From contig CM119263.1 of assembly GCA_051294375.1 (NCBI GenBank), positions 4,518,577 through 4,582,576 on the forward strand: a stretch of DNA of 64,000 bases. The letters are read 5' to 3'. Shown here piece by piece: positions 54,749 through 64,000 of this stretch. Both the position numbers and the translations under genes were made by a program. Within the stretch, counting starts at the first letter, position 1. Every line of letters starts with the position of its first letter. This DNA is from Paraspadella gotoi (lineage: Eukaryota > Animalia > Chaetognatha). The notes below the pieces were generated by a model. That model did not search any database. It saw nothing but the letters and a program-made list of their open reading frames with translations, and had not been told where the DNA came from.

Positions 54749-54809
54749 TCACCAAACGGGACGGAATTTGGGCAAATCGGCGCAACGCCCCTTCTTGTCT
54801 GTGATCGGA
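54749..54809 (-). CDS. Uncharacterised gene, last coding exon ((S)PITDKKGRCADLPKFRPVW*)
   Basis: TATTTTTCAG acceptor, phase 2 matching the previous exon, TGA at 54751-54749. Confidence 0.75.
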
Positions 54810-54905
54810 CTGAAAAATACGGACAGAGAGACGAATTTTCCAATTTTTTTTAACCAAGCGCGTAATTTAAGCTTTCTCTTTTGTCAAAGTGATAGCATCA
54901 CCAAC

Positions 54906-54970
54906 CTGCGAGTGCATTTGGCCAAGCATTTCGCCAAGCAAAGTTCCGCCTTGGTCGGCTTTGGCGGCGG
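54906..54970 (-). CDS. Uncharacterised gene, exon (PPPKPTKAELCLAKCLAKCTR)
   Basis: CTTCTCTTCTTTCAG acceptor, AG|GTTGGT donor, phase 0 to 2; flanking introns are 96 and 97 nt. Confidence 0.75.
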
Positions 54971-55067
54971 CTGAAAGAAGAGAAGTAAATCGTCAAGGCA
55001 TTCTCTTCAGTCCTTACCCAGTCATCGTTCACAGCCTCGCTAATAAACTCACTCCTGCAGCCCTTAC

Positions 55068-55144
55068 CATTTTCGCCGGCGGAATCGCGGCCATGATGAG
55101 GATAAGCTGGTCCTGAGGACAAGTTCGCTTCCCGCAGAATTCGG
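55068..55144 (-). CDS. Uncharacterised gene, exon ((A)EFCGKRTCPQDQLILIMAAIPPAKM)
   Basis: T-tract with GAAG acceptor, ATG|GTAAGG donor, phase 1 to 0. Confidence 0.75.
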
Positions 55145-55196
55145 CTTCAAAAAAAAAGAAGGATAAGGGAGAAATTGAGTCATTTTGGTTGCAACA

Positions 55197-55234
<38 letters not shown>

Positions 55235-55326
55235 GTCGTCGTCCTTTCCCGCGTCTAGTCTTTTGTTGACCGACGGCGCCATTTGTTTATTAAAGTCAGA
55301 CGAAGAAGATGATTATGACAATGATT

Positions 55327-55398
<72 letters not shown>

Positions 55399-56096
55399 AT
55401 GATGCCGAAGATGATGATAATTATGATACTGAAGACGAAAATGACGACAATAAAAAAAGAGACGACATCGACATCGTCCTCCAATAAAACCAATACTTTC
55501 CCTTCGCCAATCCAACCCAATTCACCAACGCCACCCACTCATTCTCCCGGCGCCACTCTCCCTCCCCCTCCCTTCCACCGACGTTTGCCTGGCGGAACGG
55601 CGCCATTAAAATCTCTAGCGGCGTCGCCACGAGTCTTTCTTCGTCGCCAGACGGTGGAACGGTGAAAAGACTTGATCCACACCTTTTTCCATTACATCCT
55701 AGTGAAACCGAACCCTTTCTCCCCACACTTCTTCCCCACAACTCCTTTTATTGACCGTCACACTTCTTCCCTTTGAATCTCCGATTAAACGACAAGCTTT
55801 CCCGCCACACCTCTTTCACACAACTCCATTTGACAGCCTTCGGTTTTAAAAACCTCACAAATTCACGAGCTGATTTAATTTGGTGGTCACTCACCGTCAA
55901 TCCCCATTCCGACCTGACCCAAACCAAAAGCCTAACCCCATACCCAGCCTCAGCCCAGTCTCATCTCCATCTCCAGCCCCAGCCCCAGCTTCGGCCTCAG
56001 CCCCATCCAAAGCCCAACCCTCTCGTCTCTATCCTTCCCTAATTTAACGCGAAGAACAAACATTTCGAAAATCCTCTTTATTTTGTTACGTCGCCC

Positions 56097-56168
<72 letters not shown>

Positions 56169-56646
56169 CCATTCCATCTCGCTCTCGCCCGAAGACAAAC
56201 ATACGCGTCTCAGAAGCGAAGTTTTTCTCTTCTCTCGTGTCAACATCATTTCCACGTCACCCTTACTTTTTCTTTTCTTTTCTTTTCTGTTCTGTTTTTT
56301 CTTTTCTTTTCCTTTCTTTTCTTTTTTTTTTGTCATTTAATTTTTTATATTTGAAATGTTTTCTATTTCTTCCTAATGTTTTTTTCATTCTTTGTGCTAA
56401 TTTTTTTTCTTTGTTTTTTAAACCATCGTCATCAAACTAACCATTTTTTCACTTACTCCGCAAACGCAAAAAAGTCCTTCGTAAGCATCAACTCGGACTT
56501 CCCATCTCTGCTTCCACTCATCTTCCCATCTTCCTTCCCACTAACAATCCTTCCTTCCTATCCCTACCCACACGCAACAACACCTCCCTCTCTCCCACGC
56601 CACAACCTTGGCCCACAAATCTCCCCCCCCCCTCCACGACCCCTAC

Positions 56647-56763
56647 CCAGTTTCCTGCATCGGTAGTGATTGGGATCCCAATTCTCCCACCGCTTGAGTC
56701 GAGGCGTCGGGGAAATCGTGAGAGCGTCCGTGTGCTTCCCCACGCGGTAGGGCATGCGACGAC
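56647..56763 (-). CDS. Uncharacterised gene, exon ((G)RRMPYRVGKHTDALTISPTPRLKRWENWDPNHYRCRKL)
   Basis: C-rich tract with CACAAAG acceptor, G|GTAGGG donor, phase 1 to 1, GC-rich third codon positions. Confidence 0.75.
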
Positions 56764-57075
56764 CTTTGTGGGCAAGAGAGTGTGGGGAGTGGGCGTGGTG
56801 AGTGAGGAGTGGGTAGGTGAGTGGGTGAGAAAAACAACGGATGGACGGTAGAGATATCAAAGAGGGATAAAACGGATAAATAGCAGGGGAGAGAAAGGAA
56901 GACACTAAGTCACACTGACGGACAGAAAGACAGAATATAGAAACACTGGAAAAATGTGGACAGACAGACAGACAGTCAGCAAGACAGAGTGACGGACCGA
57001 CGCATAGATAACTAAGGACGAGATAAAGGATAAGGCAAAAGGGTAAGGATAGGTGAAGATCCGCATCTAACTTAC

Positions 57076-57148
57076 CCGCGCATTCCTCCCAAGCGCGAAT
57101 CTCGCGCATCTGCATGTCCTCGGGAAATGGTGTCTTCGCGCCGATGTC
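57076..57148 (-). CDS. Uncharacterised gene, exon (DIGAKTPFPEDMQMREIRAWEECA)
   Basis: TTTTGTTTTCAG acceptor, G|GTAAGT donor, phase 0 to 1, GC3-biased codons. Confidence 0.8.
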
Positions 57149-57347
57149 CTGAAAACAAAAGGGAAACGAAATGGAAAGATGAAAGTGAAAAACTAAGGTT
57201 CTGGACAGAAAATTAGCCCAATCACCAAAAAAAAAAAATACTTTTTGTGAAAGATAATTCGTCTAATGTCGCGCTTTCCCTACTTTTTGGTCAATATTTT
57301 TTACGGCCATTTCTACCCTCGATATCCGAGTGAATTTAAGCGTTAAG

Positions 57348-57429
57348 CATGAGAATAAGCGACAATTCTCACGCTTCTTCAAAGAGTTTTTACGTGGGAA
57401 TACTGTGAGAATTGTTGCTTATTCTCATG
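57348..57429. repeat. 25-bp inverted repeat with a 32-nt spacer (hairpin)
   Basis: CATGAGAATAAGCGACAATTCTCAC (57348-57372) pairs with GTGAGAATTGTTGCTTATTCTCATG (57405-57429): 24 of 25 Watson-Crick pairs plus one G:T. Confidence 0.9.
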
Positions 57430-59645
57430 ACGAACGTCTGATGTTTCGCCCGTAACGAATTGTCTCAAAGCGAGTTTCATTCGCAAATATTTTATAATAC
57501 TATAACTTAAAGAAGAATTATAAAATCAAAGATCTGAGTTTGATCCTATTACAAAATACAAATCTTTAAAAAAAAATATTAAAAAAAGGATATTTAAAAC
57601 AATAGAAACAAAAAATAGAGATATTAACATTGAAAAGAGAAAACAGCTCAGAGCTGAGTAAGATTTTTTTTTCGAAACTCCTCTCGACAGAACGGAAGTC
57701 AATGAATAATCGATGAATCCCCTCTCTCTCTTTCTCTCTCNNNNNNNNNNNNNNNNNNNNNNNNNNNNNNNNNNNNNNNNNNNNNNNNNNNNNNNNNNNN
57801 NNNNNNNNNNNNNNNNNNNNNNNNNNNNNNNNNNNNNNNNNNNNNNNNNNNNNNNNNNNNNNNNNNNNNNNNNNNNNNNNNNNNNNNNNNNNNNNNNNNN
57901 NNNNNNNNNNNNNNNNNNNNNNNNNNNNNNNNNNNNNNNNNNNNNNNNNNNNNNNNNNNNNNNNNNNNNNNNNNNNNNNNNNNNNNNNNNNNNNNNNNNN
58001 NNNNNNNNNNNNNNNNNNNNNNNNNNNNNNNNNNNNNNNNNNNNNNNNNNNNNNNNNNNNNNNNNNNNNNNNNNNNNNNNNNNNNNAAAAACAAGAAAAA
58101 CCCAGATTAAGTTCTCAAGTCCCGGATGTAATTGGTTTTTCTTTCCTAGATCCCGTATGTAACTGCCTCTCTCGTTATCAAAACTTCCTGCCTCTTGTTT
58201 CTTTCCTTTTTTTCNNNNNNNNNNNNNNNNNNNNNNNNNACTTACTCGCTACCTCTCCTCTTCCTCTCGACCACTCACCCTCCCCTATCCCCATTCTTCT
58301 TCCTCCTCCTACTCGCCTCCCCATATCCATACCTCTCTCTCAGCCCCCTTACGTATCCCACATAGACCCGAGAACTATCCACACCTTTCTCACTCACTCA
58401 CATCTTCCCATGTCATACATCTCTACTTCTCACACCCTTAATACACAGTTCAATAAGCAAATACAACTTCTCTTTCACCTCTCTTCTCTAACATTTACTT
58501 CAAATATTCGGTCTCCCAAACTATCTCAGCACACACAGGGATTAAAAAAGTTGGAGGCGGCACGTCGGGTGGGCGGGAACACCCGGAGAAATGGTGGGCA
58601 AAGAGTTAAACCTGCGTTTCAGAAGACGTCGCGAATTCTGGATTCTGGCACGAGGATCCTCGAAAAGTTAGGACCGCGCACGATTGGCTTCTTGAAGGCG
58701 GAGGCGATTTGGCGCCAAGATTGCTTGAAAAGCGCGGGGAAAGATCCGCGGTTAAGATTGTCAACAAAGATATAATCATTTGCGTGCTCGCTATATGGGA
58801 CGAGAACTCGTTTTGCACACGCGGGGAACAATTGGATGCAGATTGACCCAGATGCGGGTAGACATTATCACAAAGTAATTCAAGCGCATTTGTCGTGAAA
58901 CCTTACTTGAAGTTGACAATTATCATTCGGAATTGGGTTACAAAATAGCAGTAAGTACAAATACAAAGCACTGTGCTTCCCTCTCCTCCGAAAACTGGTT
59001 GGCACGCAAGGTTTTTTAACACATTCCCGCAATTCTGCTTATATATATGACTGCGCCCACTCAATTCTGATGGCATCACATGGCGGGAACGGGATTAAAA
59101 GGTCGGGAGAGACACGGGAGACCCCGGTTACCACGTAGGCTCTAGAGCGAGGAGACGAATTTAATATCTCCTGCGCAAATATGGATGGGGAAAGTAAGCT
59201 GATGGAAAGGAGGAGGAGTTCACAAACTAAATCATTCAGATGCCAGATAATGAGAAAATTCGGACAAAAATCACAGGGTAGATTTCGGTTCGGGCTGTTG
59301 AAAGGATTCTATCGGTAATAAGAGCGCAGAGAAGTTTTTTCATTTATAGAAAATAAAGGGATTCGCTTTGTTATAGAACATTTGCGATACGCGAATTAAT
59401 AGGTTTAATCCAAAGACAAGTGTTCTATTAATATCTATTACCTGATGATAAAAAAAATCTGGCTGTAATACTATAACTCCGAAAGTAAATGCAAAGACGA
59501 AACCATTACTCCAGTCAGTAAATTAACCAATTACAGTATTTACCTTTTATGTTAAATCTTCTGCCCAACTCAAAATTAAACGGGCCTCTTTGAAACGGAG
59601 ATCATCTACCAAGAAATAAAAATTCCCATTCATCCAACCTCTCAC

Positions 59646-59707
59646 TTGCGCCAAGCCGTTCTGGATCGCTCGAAGAAGAAAGGCCCCGCCGGCCGGAGTG
59701 GAGAACG
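59646..59707 (-). CDS. Candidate upstream exon of the uncharacterised gene ((A)FSTPAGGAFLLRAIQNGLAQ)
   Basis: CAG acceptor with a weak tract, CAA|GTGAGA donor; phase 1 to 0 bridges the exons at 59925 and 57148. Confidence 0.4.
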
Positions 59708-59924
59708 CTGCTCAATATGGCCTCACGTTCGGTGAGGTCCGCCCCTCATAAACACAACGAATGTCGTAACAACAACATCGTATATTAAGATCTCTCCCCC
59801 CCCCCTTGACCCCCCTTTCTTCCCTCGAGACTATGGACCCAGCGAGTACTTTCGATTTGGTCACGCCCGCGCCCCACTCCTCTCCCTTCTTTCGTCAGAT
59901 AGCTGGTCATAGTCCGTTACTCAC

Positions 59925-59991
59925 CCGTGACCTCTAGGCGAACACCAAGAAGCTCCTTTCCGGTCTCGGTCACTCCTACAAACGAAGCACC
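59925..59991 (-). CDS. Candidate upstream exon of the uncharacterised gene (GASFVGVTETGKELLGVRLEVT)
   Basis: TTTCGCAG acceptor, G|GTGAGT donor, open frame phase 0 to 1. Confidence 0.5.
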
Positions 59992-62900
59992 CTGCGAAAT
60001 CGTTATTACGCGATACATACTACGATGGAGTTTTAGGGGTGGAAGGTGAGGGGAGGAAGAATACGTGATCGGGATATGCTGGGTAACTTGTATATAATTA
60101 GTTGGTTTGATGTTTTACGCGAATTTAAAGAGATGAAGAAGTAGAGAGATGAGAGAGAGAGAGAGATGAGATGATGGAGTGTAGAGAGTAGAGAGAGTGA
60201 GCAGAGAGAGTAGAGAGAGAGACTTAGAGTTATGGGTTCAAAATATCAAATTCATATTTTCTGAATCCTAAATATACTTTCTATTTCTTAACCTGCCCTT
60301 TTTTAAGCCACCAGAGGCAAATGTTTGATAGCCGAAAAAAAAATATCGAATAACTCCGTGGACATATAAAAAATTTAAAAGGGACGAGAAAAAATCAAAA
60401 GATTACAAATATAAGGAGACGTAGGAAAGAAATAAAGATGAGACGGTGAAAAGAATAAAAAGGCGGGGCCAAATCTCCTGGCGAATCGTGAGTCGTCGAA
60501 TCTTCGCGCTTTTTCCGCCTCGAGGAGATAAGAGCGTAGATTGTTATGTTGGCAGATAAAATATAGCAAATAGGTATTAGCAAAGAAAGAATAAGTGTTT
60601 TTGTTTTTTTTTTCCTCGTTCTGCTTTCTTTTACTGATATTACCGTTCGACATTCGTTACGTTTGTATATTTATCGCGTTACTTTTTGTTTTTTCGTTAA
60701 CTGCATTTCGTTGCCATTTCGTAATATATGCCATTTGGCCGCCCACGGCCCGCATACGCACGCCGAAATAGCCGCACTTACAGTAGACCACGAGCCAGAA
60801 ACAACACCACCGCCAAACGAGAGGAGACGACCCGACCGCCGCCTTGCCAATTTCCAACCATAAAGTTTTCACCTCTATCTCAATTTACAGTTTTAAATCG
60901 AAAATAAATACAGTACACCACTCAACATATTTTCGTTTTAGAGGAAGAAAAGAACGGGAAAGGAAAAGGCAACGGAGGAAAGGAGAGGAGAAAAATTATT
61001 GAAAAGAAGGAATAGAGAGACGTAAGAAAGAGAGGTAAGACGGAGAAAGAGGAGAGGGAGGCGCTAAAAGGAAAGTAAGAAGATGGCAGAAAGCAAGAGA
61101 AACTGAATGAAGGCTCCCCGTTCAACTTTAACCGGTGGATTGGAAAAGTAAAATAATGATTTTCAGCATTAATGGATGAGGTTTTTCTTCGAGTCCTAAC
61201 GTGAGAGTGGAAAATTCATTAGACTTCGCGTTCCGAAAGACAGTCCGAGCACTGTAAACAGAGAATTTGACGAAACAAGAGAGTACTTATTAACGATAAC
61301 GTTAATTATCATTGTTGCAAAAAAAATTAATATTAATTTTATATTAAATCATTAAATAAACTGAAGACAAAAAAGTTTAAGTTTTATTTTTCTAGTGACA
61401 TTAATTATTTTTTAACAATGTTCAACTAATTAAATTATAATCAACTGGACAAAAAATGCAACACCACTGGTCAACGTCATTCCAAGTTACCAACTGAACA
61501 TGAATCCGAAACTTATAGTAAAAGATTCTCACGATAACACACGAAACAAAACAAAAAAAACAACATTCAAAAAAATAACACATGCAATAACACAACGTTA
61601 TTAAGTCCATAACTGCTCTCACCTATATTTTTCTTTCTATTCCGCGCACTATCCTTATCCGCCCACTCCTCCCTATCTTACCCTCCTCCACACCGGTCTC
61701 ATGTCCTCAATACCCTCAATTTCCTCTTCTCTCCCCAGAAACTTCCGTTTAGTTTTTTACCGTCCCCTTTCCAACGCGGCGTATCAACCGCATTAGATTC
61801 CCTCAAAATCGGACGTTCAACTTGTTTTTTTTTTCTTTTTGTCCCGGGAACAAAAAGTCCGAGCGCGGCGCAAGCGTCGCGAAATACTGAATCACGGACG
61901 TGCGGACGAGTTCGGGCTAAAAGTTGAGACTTGCGTACTAAAGAAAAAAAAAAGAAAAGACAAACCGATAAACAACAAGAAAAAAAAGAACGGGCCGAAA
62001 ACAAAGAATGTCCCCTGCTTGAAGCTCGTTACGCGATAAAATCTTACTCAGAACGAACGCTCACGGTGACTGTTAATGAAACGACTTATTCCGCGTGAAA
62101 ACATTTATAACGCAGTCCTTTTATTTTAAATATTTTAGTAAATTCCATCACTTATAAAAGCGGAGATTACGCGTATTACGTTCGAAAAAATCTTTTTTCT
62201 TATTTTGGCATTAATCAGTTGTATCCATTAATTTTTCGACTAATACACACTGTTATTACTTAAAGGATCGCGATATAACACAAAGACGAGGACTTTTACG
62301 ACGAAAAAATAAAAGGACGATTTATAGAAGAAGAGAATTTTGAAAAAGAACAAAAAACGAAAAAAAAATAAAAAATCATAAAAAAAGGCGCGATACTTGA
62401 TACTGAAAAATTTCTGAAAAATAACGACAAATGAAAATAAAAAATGGATGTGAAAAATAACAAGCCAAAGAAATAAAAAAAAAATCTGACAAAAAGTGTG
62501 AAAATGAACCGTAATAAAAAGTAATCGAAAAGCACCAAACCCAAAATCATCTTTAACACGTCAAAAAAGCACTCAATTTTAATTAATCACAAAATTCCTC
62601 AGTCCCCGAGACTGAGTTATCAAAGTTCGAAGTTTATCCGAAAAAGAGGTAAGACACAATTCTTCGCGCGAGAACGAAAAAATTACATTTTTTCAATCCT
62701 CCTAAGCCATTTTTCATCCTCAAATTTTAAAACGGAAGGGGGGGAAGGATCAAGGCAAAAAGGTGGAAGGTGGTCAAGAGGCAGAATGCGTAAGGTAGGG
62801 ATTTTCCTTTATTAAAATCCCCTTATCTACCACTAGTAACCTGGGGCTGGAAAATTGTGAAAGGTCTAAAGGACAAAACACCAATCCCTACTTGAGGAAA

Positions 62901-64000
62901 GCAACTTAATAAAATTCGTCTTAGACCTGACGACCCCCAAGAAAAAGAATAGCTGCCCGCTGGCTTCTTTTTCCATTTTTCCCAACTTGAATTGATATCA
63001 CCGAATGGCCTCACGAACGGGCTCAAAATAACAACAACCCAGAACTTTTATTTTTTTCAATATACCTTGACCATCTCCGAGTCGGATCAAAAAAATTCAT
63101 TGTGAAGAATTTAACCCTTTTTAAAAAAAAATTAAAAAGCTTTCACACCTAGACATCATGCTCATAATCGTATAAGTTTTAGTTAATAAATTTATTTTCG
63201 TTTACCTAAGACTATAATCATTCCCTTCATAAGCCTATTTTAAAAAATTTATTCTATTTTTCTAACATATACATTGTAAGTTTGATTCTCATAAAATCTC
63301 AATATCCATGAAAGTCTCTCTTTTCTTAGCGACATATTCGCATCATTCCTAACCCATCAATCATATCCAAATCGCGCGCCACAAACTAAAAAGGTCGAGG
63401 ACCAAAGAGAGAGAAGAGAGATGAGAGAAGAGAGAAAAGAGAAGAGAGACGAGAGACAGAACGAGAGAGAGAGAAGAGAAGAGAGAAAACAAGAGGTCAG
63501 TCAAAATGGGCGGAGAACTGTTTCCAAAATCGTGCCAAAAAATGAGGATTTTCCTTTTCGTTTCTCCTTTTTTTTCTGCTTCACCTTTTTTCCCTTTTTT
63601 TTCTTGTGGATCGAATCCAACAAAAAAAGAAATATAAAGACAATTATTTTTTTAGAAAGAAAAAAAGAATTTCGGCCACAACAACAACAATGACAACGAC
63701 AACGACTTTAAAGGTCCACTAAAAGGTTATTCCACTTTCTTCTTTTTTTTCTTTCTTTTTATCAATCATCATAGTTTAAATTTCCTTCTTTTCTTTTCAC
63801 GTCATCTAATGCATAGTTAATCTAATGATGAAAACGTTTAATCTCATAATGGAGTACAGTACAGATAGAAAAGAAAGATTTATTAATTTTCTTTTTTCTT
63901 CTTCACTGTACTCCATTATGAGATTGAACGTTTTCATCATTCATTCCTTTCTTCATTTCCTTATCTTTCCTTTCTTTTCTTTTCTTTTCTTTTCTTTTCT

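Noticed and set aside
57076-57148. Thioesterase-II-like reading of REIRAWEECAG
   Set aside because: The downstream exons lack the GxHF catalytic His motif.
58585-58612. Similarity to 23393-23418 (MVGKEL in both)
   Set aside because: Only about 20 nt match, with no Cys or further Ig pattern; compatible with chance.

Overview
Eukaryotic, most likely invertebrate animal, genomic scaffold. It is intron-rich and dense in (GA/CT)n, (GAT)n, (GAC)n and (CTAT)n microsatellites, with about 24 N-gaps. Several gaps are exactly 25 N and sit beside noisy or duplicated sequence, which suggests long-read gap-filling. Almost all ORF-track entries are microsatellite or N-spanning artefacts. Reading splice sites by hand gives three probable genes. 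(1) + strand Ig-domain exons (24634-24802, 25330-25445) closely resembling the Ig2/Ig3 region of FGFRL1/nou-darake-type receptors. (2) A - strand RRM-domain gene fragment (21173-21695) whose 5' end must share the 21.7-24.6 kb interval with the receptor gene or interleave with it. (3) A phase-consistent 5- to 7-exon - strand gene (54749-59991) encoding a basic, Cys/Pro/Trp-rich protein I cannot assign to a family. Also present: a DINE-1/HINE-like element with a terminal hairpin, a 25-bp hairpin, several minisatellites and a probable artefactual 1.6-1.8 kb duplication. No rRNA, tRNA gene, CRISPR array or intact transposase was seen, and I cannot demonstrate a novel multi-gene system.
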